Positions 1 to 9,682 of a stretch of DNA of 64,000 nt are shown in pieces. Made by a program: the position numbers and the translations under genes. Location: assembly GCA_965230345.1 (NCBI GenBank), contig CBDDKR010000001.1, positions 257,079 through 321,078 on the forward strand. The letters run 5' to 3'. Under the pieces are notes generated by a model, which had not been told where the DNA came from, did no database searches, and saw nothing but the letters and a program-made list of their open reading frames with translations. How positions within the stretch are numbered: the first letter of the stretch is position 1; each line of letters opens with the position of its first letter. This DNA comes from Saprospiraceae bacterium. Its GTDB lineage: Bacteria; Bacteroidota; Bacteroidia; Chitinophagales; Saprospiraceae.

Positions 1-136
1 TTCAAAAGATATCGCGTCGATGATAGGTATAAGTGTGGAAAGTGTACATACTAAAAGGTATAGATTAAGAAAAAAATTAGAATTAAATAAAGAAGATAGC
101 TTAGAGTCGTTTATATCAGATTTTAATACTTCATAA
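1..136 (+). CDS. 3' end of a LuxR/GerE-type HTH regulator (partial; 5' end outside window)
   Basis: Frame 2 reads ..SKDIASMIGISVESVHTKRYRLRKKLELNKEDSLESFISDFNTS with a stop at 134-136. The pattern fits the LuxR-type C-terminal HTH (xxEIAxxLxISxxTVxxHRxxIxKKL). Confidence 0.5.
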   Translation, partial: SKDIASMIGISVESVHTKRYRLRKKLELNKEDSLESFISDFNTS

Positions 137-250
137 TCACTAGAAATTAAGGAATGTCTATGTTTTGTCTAGTAGAAAAAACGGATTAGAGCATTCTATT
201 AAGGGATATTTGATGATGTATTAATATTCTAGAAATAAAACTTTATTCTT

Positions 251-2599
251 ATGAAAACAAGATTGACATTAAGTATTGTTATTACTCTTTGTTGCTGGCA
301 GTGGACTATTGCTCAGTGGGGGCTAGCCAATGATTCCAATAATCAGGATTTGCAGGGCGTTCAAGTCTTATCAGAAAATGATATTGTAGCCGGAGGAGCT
401 TATGGAATTCTTCTGAAAACTGAAAATTTTGGGCAGTCCTGGCAAGACGTTAGTACTCCAAGCTTTGATGGATATGTTTCCAGTCTAATCTTTTTGGATG
501 AAAATGTTGGTTATGTTCATGGATGGGGGAAAATCGCTAAGACTACTAATGGTGGTTTGTCATGGCAAAACATATATACTGCACCTAGCTGGCATTACTT
601 TTCAATGGGATTTTATGATGAAGATCATATTACCATAACTGGACGAACTCAAGTAAGCGATAAAAATTATTGGAGTACGAACAGTGGGCCGAGTGGGTGG
701 CATGGCGGTGTACTACTAGGTCCAAATTCTAATCCACAATACCACGATTGCCAATATCTTAGTAAAGATACGGTATATGCTTTAACATTTGGAGGCATGT
801 CGAGGAGTTATGATGGAGGTGAAACTTGGGAGTATATAGATAATGATAATCAAATTTCAGCGAATGCGGGTTGGAATGTATTTCACTTTTTGAACAGTCA
901 AGTAGGTTATATTGGGGCATCCAACTATACGGATGATTCGGGAATTGTCTATAAGACTACCGATGGTGGTAACTCATATAAAGCTTTGGGGCCGTTGGCC
1001 AAACCAATTAGGTCTATTCATTTTATCAATGAAACGATTGGATTTGCTGGGTGTGAAGAAGGATTTATTTACAAGACGAATGATGGAGGTGAAACGTGGT
1101 ATGGTGATCAGCTAGGGTCAACCACAATACAAGCAATTGATTTTTATAATGAGAATGTTGGTGCATTTGTAAATGAATCAGGTCATTTATTTACTACTAC
1201 AAACGGCGGTAATCAAATTCCTGCGACCGTGGATTTATCACTTGAAAGGCTTAACATGCCTTATGTGATTAACTTGGAATCCGGAAATCAGAGATTGGAA
1301 GTTCAGTTGAGAAACGTGGGATTAAACTTGATTAATCGTACTCAATTGCATTATCAAATAGATAGCGACCCGGTACAGACTATGACTATTAACAATATGT
1401 TTTTGAATAATTTTGAATCTAGTGCATTTACTCATTCAATTCCATGGGAACCCACTCTTGGTGTACATGATATTAAAATATGGATTTCAGATCCTAATGA
1501 CCAAGATGATCAGGTTGTCGAAAATGATACCATACGATTTTACACGACGGTAGTTGAAAAAGCTCTTAACAATCGAAATGTTTTAGGTGAAGATGCCACA
1601 GGAGCTTGGTGTGGATATTGTCCACCAATTAGTTTGGCTTTTGATACGTTAGCAAAATGGTACAATACTGATGATAGAAAAAGATTTATAGGAGTGGGGC
1701 AACACTCAGGAGATATTCTTGAAGTAGAAGGGAGTCAAATATTTGCGAATACCTGGAACAGTGGAGGGTTCCCTTCGTTTTGGTTTGATAGATTTAGATA
1801 TTTCGGATCAAATCAGGTGAAAATTGATGGAGATATGCTACCTGCATTTGAAGAAAGACTGGCAACTGATGCACCTCTAGACATTAGTGCAGTAGGTGAA
1901 TTTGATGAATCAAACCGTCAAATAGACTTGGAAATCAAAACAAATTTCATTGGCAGAGTAGACGGTGACTTGGTTTTAAATGTTTGGATATTGGAAGATG
2001 GACTTCCTACCAATCAAGTCAATTTTTACAATACCGTTAGTGGTTCTCCATTGGAGGGATTGGGCGATCCAATAGTTGGATTTCTTAATAACCACGTATT
2101 TAGAGAAAATATCACACCAATTTGGGGTGATGATACAAGGTATAATAATGCAAATAGTCCAGGTGATGAGTATACATTTAATTATAGTTTCGAATTATCA
2201 GATAACTATGACGAGGAAGCAACAGAGATAGTGATCTTTGTCTCTAAAAATGGTGCGGAAATCACAGATAGGGAAATTTTAAATGCGCAAGCTATCCCAG
2301 TGTCCAAATTGTCTACAGATATTAGCAGTGTCGATGGATTCAATGATTTTAATGTTTCACCTAACCCATTTGGTGATTGGCTAGATATAGATATTTCAAC
2401 ATCAAGCAGCGAAAACGTCGTTTTGTCAATCTATTCGATTAGTGGATTGTTAATGCATCAAGAGGAGTTTAGTGTTGTGGCTGGAAATAATAAGTTGAAT
2501 TGGGATTTACAGAATATACAACTCACATCAGGAATGTACGTACTGCGGTGTGAAGGGACAAATATATTTAAAGAAGTGAAAATTTTTAAAGGTATATAA
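251..2599 (+). CDS. Secreted multidomain T9SS cargo: BNR/Ycf48-like beta-propeller repeats, Omp28-like thioredoxin-fold domain and T9SS C-terminal sorting domain
   Basis: Has an N-terminal signal peptide. Repeated motifs TTNGGLSWQ, SYDGGETWE, TTDGGNSY, TNDGGETW and TTNGGNQ are present. A central GAWCGYCPP motif occurs, as in Omp28-related proteins. The last ~80 aa (SPNPFGDWLDIDI...GMYVLRCEG...KIFKGI) look like a Por_Secre_tail. Confidence 0.7.
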   Translation: MKTRLTLSIVITLCCWQWTIAQWGLANDSNNQDLQGVQVLSENDIVAGGAYGILLKTENFGQSWQDVSTPSFDGYVSSLIFLDENVGYVHGWGKIAKTTNGGLSWQNIYTAPSWHYFSMGFYDEDHITITGRTQVSDKNYWSTNSGPSGWHGGVLLGPNSNPQYHDCQYLSKDTVYALTFGGMSRSYDGGETWEYIDNDNQISANAGWNVFHFLNSQVGYIGASNYTDDSGIVYKTTDGGNSYKALGPLAKPIRSIHFINETIGFAGCEEGFIYKTNDGGETWYGDQLGSTTIQAIDFYNENVGAFVNESGHLFTTTNGGNQIPATVDLSLERLNMPYVINLESGNQRLEVQLRNVGLNLINRTQLHYQIDSDPVQTMTINNMFLNNFESSAFTHSIPWEPTLGVHDIKIWISDPNDQDDQVVENDTIRFYTTVVEKALNNRNVLGEDATGAWCGYCPPISLAFDTLAKWYNTDDRKRFIGVGQHSGDILEVEGSQIFANTWNSGGFPSFWFDRFRYFGSNQVKIDGDMLPAFEERLATDAPLDISAVGEFDESNRQIDLEIKTNFIGRVDGDLVLNVWILEDGLPTNQVNFYNTVSGSPLEGLGDPIVGFLNNHVFRENITPIWGDDTRYNNANSPGDEYTFNYSFELSDNYDEEATEIVIFVSKNGAEITDREILNAQAIPVSKLSTDISSVDGFNDFNVSPNPFGDWLDIDISTSSSENVVLSIYSISGLLMHQEEFSVVAGNNKLNWDLQNIQLTSGMYVLRCEGTNIFKEVKIFKGI

Positions 2600-2616
2600 G
2601 AGGAAGTGTAGTTAGT

Positions 2617-2700
2617 GGGAAAGGTCGATTTCTGCCTGTATTGATTTAGGTTTCATCAAAAGTGATGAGTTTTGGGTAGAAAAAGACCTTTTCCCTTTTT
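2617..2700 (+). terminator. Possible branched intrinsic terminator after the 251..2599 gene
   Basis: gggaaaggtc (2617-2626) pairs with gaccttttccc (2685-2695, one bulge). An inner hairpin tcatca-aaag-tgatga lies at 2653-2668. A TTTTT run follows. Confidence 0.35.
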
Positions 2701-2862
2701 ACTAACGTTAATTTTTTCGCATGATTTAATAAGTGATCTTATTTGATACGCTGAAAATCTTTGTATACCAAGTCAATATTCTAACAATAGAAATAATGAC
2801 AATATTTAAATTTGCAATCAAGATAAACAATTCCTGAAAATTATTTTAAGAGACACTATGGA

Positions 2863-3897
2863 TTATTTTCCATGATCATTTGTAATGCCATTAAGACTTT
2901 GATTCACAAAACTTGATGGGAAACTTTCAATCTCTGGAAATCCTAGACGAATATTACCATCTTTTCTAGGCACATGGGCAGTTCCAAATATGTAATCCCA
3001 TATACCTAACGTAATTCCGAAGTTGATTCCATACTTTCTATCATCAGGTAATTCGTATGAATGATGCCAGATGTGCATTTCTGGACTATTGAACAAATAC
3101 TTCATGATTGGTCCTAATAAAAGAGAGCCAATCAGAGCCGAAATGAAAACTGCAGCGATTTGAGTTAGTGTTGTAGGGTTGCTTAAAAGGTTTATATCTA
3201 CTAAAGAATGTGCAATTAGTATTCCTATTAAAAGACCAATTATACCTCCTGTAACTTTACCACTTACTTGAATGTTGGCATGGTTGTAATGTCCCCATGC
3301 TAAAGTGAATATGTGTATGATGAAAAAATCATGGAGCCCAATTCCCAATAGTGCCAATGGGATGTACTCTAGACTTCTATAGACGATGGTTTCCATCCAA
3401 TGATATCTCAAGTGGGCTGCGAATCCCATCTCTTCTACAGAATGATGAACCTTATGGAATTGCCATAACTTTTCACTAGAGTGCAAAAGGCGATGTACCC
3501 ACCATTGCACAAAATCTCTAACTAAAAATCCTATAATTAATATAGCCCAAAGAGGGAAGGAATTGAGAGGGTTTGATTTTTGCATGTCAAAACCTCCACT
3601 AATGCTTTTTATCGTATCATTGAATAAATTGACAATAACATCTGATGCGGCGTTGTAGATGATTAACCAAAAGATAAAAAAGTTAAAGAACATGTAGAAA
3701 GCATCAAGCCAAAAGTCCTTTCTAATAATTTTCTGATTTTTTCTCCAAGGAATAATCACCTCTAAGGCAAAAAAGAAAATAGAAACAAGAATTAACCAGT
3801 ATAAGTAGGACCCCCAACTTGGGTTTAGGATGTCATGTTTTAAATAGTTAAAATAGGAGGTGTATCCATTGGTGAAAATCTCTATGTATTTCTGCAT
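2863..3897 (-). CDS. Fatty acid hydroxylase / sterol desaturase family membrane protein
   Basis: Multi-TM protein with histidine boxes HRLLH, HKVHH, HYNHAN and IWHHSY, typical of the di-iron fatty-acid hydroxylase superfamily. Confidence 0.8.
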   Translation of the reverse strand: MQKYIEIFTNGYTSYFNYLKHDILNPSWGSYLYWLILVSIFFFALEVIIPWRKNQKIIRKDFWLDAFYMFFNFFIFWLIIYNAASDVIVNLFNDTIKSISGGFDMQKSNPLNSFPLWAILIIGFLVRDFVQWWVHRLLHSSEKLWQFHKVHHSVEEMGFAAHLRYHWMETIVYRSLEYIPLALLGIGLHDFFIIHIFTLAWGHYNHANIQVSGKVTGGIIGLLIGILIAHSLVDINLLSNPTTLTQIAAVFISALIGSLLLGPIMKYLFNSPEMHIWHHSYELPDDRKYGINFGITLGIWDYIFGTAHVPRKDGNIRLGFPEIESFPSSFVNQSLNGITNDHGK

Positions 3898-4069
3898 GAT
3901 AAACTACATTTAGATAAAAGCGGTTTTGAAATCATACATTAAAATGATTTGCAAAATTGTATTATAGATTGATTAAGTGTTTCCCAATTCCTATATCACA
4001 ATTCTCATTCGCTTTTAAGCAAGAAAAAACAAAGATATACATGTTGCGTTTTAATCGTTGTAACAATGG

Positions 4070-4483
4070 TTACAAAATCTCATGTAGAATTCCTAAAATG
4101 GCAATAACCAAGCATAAAGGTGTAAAGAGCTTGGTATCATAAGCTGCAAATTCTGTGTTTTTGATCTTTTTTGTTATTCCAACGTATTTGAAGTCTCCAA
4201 TGGCTCTTAAGAGAAACATTACAGAGATAATGTACCCCAAATTTTCATTTAAGAATTTTGGCAAATGAAGATGAATTAAACCTACATGCATCAAATAGAA
4301 GGTTGATAGAGATAGTAGAATTACTGCCACGACAAGGGTTCCAAATTTACCAGGCTTGAGTACAGCAATACCTTCGGAATCGGATGGAAGAGATTGTTTG
4401 AGACCGCGTTTACCTCCGAATACCCAGTAAAGGTGAAATCCACCTAGAATAGTAAAAATCAATACTAGAATTGATGCTATCAT
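4070..4483 (-). CDS. DUF3995-family small membrane protein
   Basis: FHLYWVFGGKRGL...LP and RAIGDFKYVGITKK...LFTPLCL motifs in four predicted TM helices. The ATGA start overlaps the stop of the upstream GyrI-like gene. Confidence 0.65.
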   Translation of the reverse strand: MIASILVLIFTILGGFHLYWVFGGKRGLKQSLPSDSEGIAVLKPGKFGTLVVAVILLSLSTFYLMHVGLIHLHLPKFLNENLGYIISVMFLLRAIGDFKYVGITKKIKNTEFAAYDTKLFTPLCLVIAILGILHEIL

Positions 4484-5132
4484 TGTAATCGTGTTTTATT
4501 CGTGAGTCCAACTTGAAATCGAAGCACAGTTTTTAACTTTTCTGGACTTACTTTTCTGAAGTCAGATAGATAAATCTCGCGATGTTTTTTTGAAACCCTT
4601 TTTATGTTATGGGATTGGGCATATTGTTCCATTTTTAAGAATGATTGAGGCTCTTCATCGAATGGACCAATGTGCAACATTTGAAGGCAGGGGCCGTCTT
4701 CAATTTGTTCTAATTCTATATTGGTCAACCAAGGATTGTCATTTTTAGCTATACAGATTTTTAGCGCATTTTTAAAAATATTTTCATCAATGAAATCAGG
4801 TTGCCTATTCATGATTTTATATACCAAATCGTCTTTACTAAATGTATTTGGTCTTAGAGTTTTAGCTTCTTCAGATATGTCCCAAATTCCTTCCAAAGGA
4901 TAAACGGTGCAGTCCACGTAGCCTTGTGGAGGTGTACTGGATTTCTTAAGTCCCATTTTTATGGTATATGCTAGTGCATACAAAGCTCCTACGTGTTCAT
5001 AAAAAGTGTCGCTATTTGGGTTTCCTGATCCATCAATGGTAATAAATTTCAGGGAGGAATATGGACTAATTCTGGTTGTTGCTTTGGAAGGTAGAACTGT
5101 TTTTCTTTTTTACGCCATTCGTGTTTTGTCAT
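4480..5132 (-). pseudogene. GyrI-like small-molecule-binding domain protein, interrupted by a 1-nt frameshift
   Basis: ATG at 5132 gives MTKHEWRKKEKQFYLPKQQPELVHIPP, then TGA at 5051-5049. The -1 frame continues LKFITIDGSGNPNSDTFYEHVGALYALAYTIKMG... into the 4480..4983 ORF (MHIGPFDEEPQSF, HREIYLSDFRK). One extra C in the CCC run (plus-strand GGG 5052-5054) restores a single ORF. Confidence 0.7.
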
Positions 5133-5138
5133 GATAAA

Positions 5139-5785
5139 CTAAGGTCTTTTCCCAAATATAAGACTTCCTATTCTTACCATTGTGCTGCCTTCTTCAATGG
5201 CAATTTTGTAATCACCAGACATCCCCATGCTGAGGTAGCTGAACTTGTTGAAATGATTGTCTGCGGCTATAGTGTTAAAGGAATTTTGCAATGATTTAAA
5301 CTCGGATCTGATTTGATCTTCACTAGTAGTAAACGTTGCCATTCCCATAAGACCTACCACTTCAATATTGGGGAATTTATTGACTTTTAAGGCATCGATC
5401 ATTTGAATTAATTCATCTCGCGATGCTCCACCTTTTGTTCTTCTTGGGCGATTTTTAATTGCAAAAGGACCTTTATTTTTCGATTGTTCTTTTCTGCCTG
5501 TTTGTTGATTTCTTGAAGTAGAGAAATTTTATCCACAGAATGAATCAAGTGAATAAATGAAGCGATGTATTTTACCTTGTTTGATTGTAGATTTCCAATA
5601 AAGTGCCAATGAATGTCTTTGGGCAATAATTCGTATTTTTCTCTGAGTTCTTGAACTCTGTTTTCTCCAAAATCACGATGTCCTAAATGGTATATTTCTA
5701 GAATTTGTTCAGTTGGTTTGGTTTTCGAGACCGCAACTAAATCTACCGATTTAGAATCTAATTCTTGTTTGATTTGAGCATACAT
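5139..5785 (-). pseudogene. yggS: YggS-family pyridoxal-phosphate homeostasis protein, split by a 1-nt frameshift
   Basis: N-terminal ORF 5408..5785 contains VAVSKTKP, FGENRVQEL and HFIGNLQSNKV. C-terminal ORF 5139..5402 contains GLMGMA and LSMGMSGDY..AIEEGSTMVRIGSLIFG. The C-terminal frame is open upstream as KGGASRDELIQMIDAL. One extra A in the AAAA run (plus-strand TTTT 5433-5436) joins the two ORFs. Confidence 0.8.
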
Positions 5786-5914
5786 AAAGAATCAATTAGA
5801 ATGTAAAAAGACCAAATTTTGTCTGAATGGCAAGCTTAAGTTGTTCGTATCTTAATTGCAAGCCGATAAACTCATATTCAATCAGACTTCCATGTAGAAT
5901 ATCAAGATTAAAAA

Positions 5915-6541
5915 TTAAAATAACCCAAATAGTTCAGCATCAACCATGTTAATGATTTTTCCAAAATCTTCGGGTTTGTTTTTAAAGTCGAGTTCGTCTA
6001 CTTCTATAACCAATAATTTACCTTCTTTGTAGTTGTCAATCCAGTCGTTGTATCTTTGATTCAATCTTTTGAGATAGTCCAAACTCATATTCCCTTCATA
6101 ATCACGACCACGAGTATGAATATGAGATACAAGTGTAGGGATGTCGGCTTTTAGGTATATGAGTAAGTCTGGACCTTTGACTTGGTTACTCATGGTATTG
6201 AAAAGATCAAAATAATTGTTGAAATCTCTTTCTGACATCAAACCCATATGAAATAAATTGGGCGCAAAAATATAGGCATCCTCATATATAGTTCGATCTT
6301 GAATGACCGTCTTGTCTCCATTTCGGATGTCGAGAATTTGTTTATATCTGCTGTTCAAAAAGTAAATCTGAAGATTAAACGACCAGCGCTTCATGTCCAC
6401 ATAGAAATCACTTAAATATGGATTCGAATTAGCATCCTCATACAGTACACTCCAATTGTAATGTTTGGACAACATTTCGGATAAGGTAGTTTTTCCTGCT
6501 CCGATATTTCCTGCTACTGCAATATGTTTTAAGTTACTCAT
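5915..6541 (-). CDS. Deoxynucleoside kinase family protein
   Basis: P-loop GNIGAGKTT, followed by YEDANSNPYL, DRTIYED and RGRDYE motifs typical of dCK/dGK-type kinases. Length is about 208 aa. Confidence 0.85.
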   Translation of the reverse strand: MSNLKHIAVAGNIGAGKTTLSEMLSKHYNWSVLYEDANSNPYLSDFYVDMKRWSFNLQIYFLNSRYKQILDIRNGDKTVIQDRTIYEDAYIFAPNLFHMGLMSERDFNNYFDLFNTMSNQVKGPDLLIYLKADIPTLVSHIHTRGRDYEGNMSLDYLKRLNQRYNDWIDNYKEGKLLVIEVDELDFKNKPEDFGKIINMVDAELFGLF

Positions 6542-6765
6542 TCTCAGATTAAAGTTGGCGTCATGAAAGACATGTTAGATCCGCATAGTGCAGCAAATGT
6601 ACAAAATTGAATGATTTATTCCAATGAGGTAATTGGTAGAGTTGTCAAAGATGATAGGATGTATATTTTGGTCAATTTGACGATCTAGAGAGTTATCTCA
6701 TCTAATAAAGCAGATAAGTTGATCGTCATTCTGTATTTTTGACACAGTATTATACAAAACGGAAT

Positions 6766-7500
6766 ATGGCAAGAGGAGTTATTTCTACTGAGTTATTGAC
6801 AAAAACATATATCATGGGAACTGAAAGGGTAGATGCCCTTAAGGGAATATCAATTGATATTTTTACCAATGAGTATGTCGCTTTGATGGGACCATCAGGT
6901 TCGGGTAAGTCTACTTTGATGAATTTGCTAGGATGTTTGGATACTCCTACTAGTGGTGATTATTATCTTAATGGTATCAATGTGAGTAATATGACAGACA
7001 ATGAGCTCGCTGAGGTAAGAAATAGTTTGATTGGTTTTGTTTTTCAGACATTTAATCTATTGCCAAGGATGTCGGCATTGGAAAATGTTGCATTGCCATT
7101 AGTTTATGCAGGTATTTCGAAGGCCGATAGGGAAGAAAGAGCTAGGTCTGTTCTGAATGATGTAGGCCTAGGAGATAGAGTACATCACAGACCCAATGAA
7201 CTTTCTGGTGGGCAAAGACAGAGAGTTGCCATCGCAAGAGCTTTAGTAAATGATCCTGCAATTATTCTAGCCGATGAGCCCACAGGAAATCTAGATACGA
7301 AGACTTCGATCGAGATTATGTCCATTTTTGAAAAAATACACGACAAGGGCAATACTGTAATCATAGTCACTCACGAGCCCGATATTGCGGATCATACTCA
7401 TAGGATAGTTCGGTTACGTGATGGGTTGATCGAAACAGACATTAGAAATACAGAAATAGCTAAAGTTACAGATGAGGATTTGAGATATCTCAAGGAGTAA
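6766..7500 (+). CDS. ABC transporter ATP-binding protein (MacB/LolD-like)
   Basis: Walker [10 protein letters not shown], signature [15 protein letters not shown], Walker [12 protein letters not shown] and H-loop VTHEP. I prefer the ATG at 6766 over the TTG at 6739 used in the ORF track. Confidence 0.9.
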   Translation: MARGVISTELLTKTYIMGTERVDALKGISIDIFTNEYVALMGPSGSGKSTLMNLLGCLDTPTSGDYYLNGINVSNMTDNELAEVRNSLIGFVFQTFNLLPRMSALENVALPLVYAGISKADREERARSVLNDVGLGDRVHHRPNELSGGQRQRVAIARALVNDPAIILADEPTGNLDTKTSIEIMSIFEKIHDKGNTVIIVTHEPDIADHTHRIVRLRDGLIETDIRNTEIAKVTDEDLRYLKE

Positions 7501-7532
7501 TTTAGGTGTAATCAAAACTCTAATACAAACCA

Positions 7533-8261
7533 ATGTTAGGAATTATAGTTATTCTTTTAATTTCTTGGGTATTTCTATTCATTACCGAAAAGAAGAGTAT
7601 CTTATCTTTAGGTTTGTTACCAATAACTAATCGGTTAAAACAATTCTTAGAAGGATTTATTATTACGGCATTTCTTTGCTGCATTGTTCAATATAATGAA
7701 GCGTTCTTAAAGTCATCAACTTGGATGTTGAATGAGAATGTATCAAGGGAAATTATAATAAAAGCATTTTGGTGGGACGTAAAGTCCGTGTTAACAGAAG
7801 AATTGATTTTTCGTGGAGTGCTACTTTATTTTTTAATTCAGAAGCTTGGTTCAAATAAAAGTATTCTTATTTCAGCTATGGCTTTTGGAGTTTATCACTG
7901 GTTTTCATTTGGAGTAATTGGGAATATTGTTGCAATGGTTTTAGTTTTCATTGGGACTGGATTAATGGGGTATGCTTGGGCTTGGGCATTTTCTAAAACA
8001 AGATCTATAATGCTTCCATTCGGATTACACTTAGGATGGAATTTTATACATAATACAATCTTTTCGAAAGGTCCCCTAGGGGATTTGGTACTAATTGCTC
8101 ACGGTGGAAATGAATTGTCAGACTGGATGTCTTTATTAAATTTTGTATTAGGGCTGATTTTGGTTCCAATAGTTTTAATAATCTACGTAAAATATTCGGT
8201 TAAAGAAACCAATAGATCTATTGAGGAAAATGAAGGAAACTTACCACTTCACCAAGATTAA
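7533..8261 (+). CDS. CPBP family intramembrane glutamic endopeptidase
   Basis: Polytopic membrane protein with EELIFRGVLLY, FGVYH and HLGWNF motifs (CAAX protease / bacteriocin-processing family). Confidence 0.8.
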   Translation: MLGIIVILLISWVFLFITEKKSILSLGLLPITNRLKQFLEGFIITAFLCCIVQYNEAFLKSSTWMLNENVSREIIIKAFWWDVKSVLTEELIFRGVLLYFLIQKLGSNKSILISAMAFGVYHWFSFGVIGNIVAMVLVFIGTGLMGYAWAWAFSKTRSIMLPFGLHLGWNFIHNTIFSKGPLGDLVLIAHGGNELSDWMSLLNFVLGLILVPIVLIIYVKYSVKETNRSIEENEGNLPLHQD

Positions 8262-8302
8262 AGGAAGTTAACAGACCAACATATGTCTTGTTAGTTAAAC
8301 GG

Positions 8303-8668
8303 TTAAATCCATGTTGGTTGGTCTTTGGTTAAATCGTTTTCAATATTTCCTGTATTGATTGTTGAAGTTGGCTCGAATAACATAACCCAGGCCTCTTGAT
8401 CTGAATGTGGACGATGGAGTATCCCTTTTGGTATAACTGCAAATTCCCCTTCATTAACAACGAGAGTGGAGTCCTCAAGCTCAATTTTGATTTGTCCTTT
8501 TATTACCATGAAAAATTCATCTTCATGCTCGTGTTTATGCATCGTAAATGAATCTTTAAATTTGGCAATTTTAACATGCTGACCATTGAGTTCACCGACA
8601 ATATGAGGTGCCCAATAATCACTGAATTTATCAAATTTTTCCTTTAGATTAACGACCTTGATACTCAA
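8303..8668 (-). CDS. Cupin domain protein
   Basis: 121 aa. The HKHEHEDEFFMVIKG...GEFAVIPKGILHRP pattern matches the two cupin motifs. Confidence 0.75.
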   Translation of the reverse strand: MSIKVVNLKEKFDKFSDYWAPHIVGELNGQHVKIAKFKDSFTMHKHEHEDEFFMVIKGQIKIELEDSTLVVNEGEFAVIPKGILHRPHSDQEAWVMLFEPTSTINTGNIENDLTKDQPTWI

Positions 8669-8680
8669 TGAAAGAAAGAT

Positions 8681-9682
8681 TTAGTCAATAATGTTGCCTT
8701 TCTTGATGATGTCTAGATTGAGTTCTATGGAATTGTTTCCACCAGAATCTAAGTCCGTCGTTTCCGGATAGAGTACATAACTGGGGACATTGTTAGGAAA
8801 GTGAATGGTAAGACCTAAAATAACTTTACGTATTTCCACCAGATCATTTGCTCTTATTTTATTATCTCCATTTACATCAGCAGCTATTTCTAACCTTGGG
8901 TCATCAAAAGTTTCTAATCCAAGTATGTGTTTTCTGATTGGGATTAAATCACCAGCTCTTAAGTCATGTGTGAATGCCCCTGCTGTACTTTCCAGATAAA
9001 CAATAGGGTCTTCAATTTCTGGAAAGTCGGAAGAAGGATAGGTGAAGCTGTGACTGCCTGATGTTTTGGCAGTTATATTGTATATCGGAGAAGGCGCATT
9101 TTTAGGCTTCATCATTATAGCAATACCATTTGGTAACATTGCACCTTGGTTGTGATTTATAGTTACAGGAATTCCCGGAGCTCCCATATTCCCTTGGATG
9201 TCCATGATGATTTGATCGATTTCATTAAGAGATACGTCATAATGGACAGTCTTGTCTGGGGCAATGACCGTATAATGTGGTGTGCCAAAGAATGGTCCAA
9301 ATGTTCCACTGGTGTACAAGGCTTGTGCTTGAACAGATCCACCTTGTGCGCCAACTGTTGGCATCGTAAGTCCATGTTGATTTTTGTAACCAAGTACTAA
9401 CGTATTATTATCAGACACTTTATTGCTCAAATCCATAAACTGTACATTTTGTTGGCCTTCACCCCAAAATTCATATTTGTTTTGAAAATGGGGAGCAGCG
9501 GTATTACATGGTGGGCAATTCACGAAGAATACTTTAAGTACTACAATGGTGTTTTGGTCAAGGTAATCCGTGTACAAATTATGCGATTGACCATTTACAT
9601 CTGTGACAGTGAAATTTGGTGCTGTCTGCGAGTAACCAGAAAGCATTGCGAAAACTAGAAAAAGTGTAAATAAGGACTTCAT
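8681..9682 (-). CDS. Secreted thioredoxin-fold (CPPC) protein with C-terminal dockerin-like repeat
   Basis: Signal peptide, then PNFTVTDVNGQSHNL...VVLKVFFVNCPPCN (redoxin-like). The C-terminus carries DLRAGDLIPIRKHILGL and DVNGDNKIRANDLVEIRKVILGL, which resemble EF-hand-like dockerin type I repeats. Confidence 0.55.
   Translation of the reverse strand: MKSLFTLFLVFAMLSGYSQTAPNFTVTDVNGQSHNLYTDYLDQNTIVVLKVFFVNCPPCNTAAPHFQNKYEFWGEGQQNVQFMDLSNKVSDNNTLVLGYKNQHGLTMPTVGAQGGSVQAQALYTSGTFGPFFGTPHYTVIAPDKTVHYDVSLNEIDQIIMDIQGNMGAPGIPVTINHNQGAMLPNGIAIMMKPKNAPSPIYNITAKTSGSHSFTYPSSDFPEIEDPIVYLESTAGAFTHDLRAGDLIPIRKHILGLETFDDPRLEIAADVNGDNKIRANDLVEIRKVILGLTIHFPNNVPSYVLYPETTDLDSGGNNSIELNLDIIKKGNIID

Noticed and set aside
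912-1115. Many short ORFs in the supplied track lie inside or antisense to long genes. Examples are 912-1115, 4721-4903, 7185-7370, 8805-8999, 9146-9400, 9163-9393, 10291-10500, 10415-10882, 11907-12221, 29369-29906, 34253-34453, 37277-37690, 41526-41792, 58134-58814 and 61815-62395.
   Set aside because: Each one is fully overlapped by a longer ORF with strong family motifs. They have no recognisable motifs of their own and look like shadow frames in AT-rich DNA.
3957-4142. A 61-aa plus-strand ORF between the desaturase-family gene and the DUF3995 gene.
   Set aside because: It overlaps the 3' end of the DUF3995 gene on the opposite strand. Its composition is typical of non-coding AT-rich sequence.
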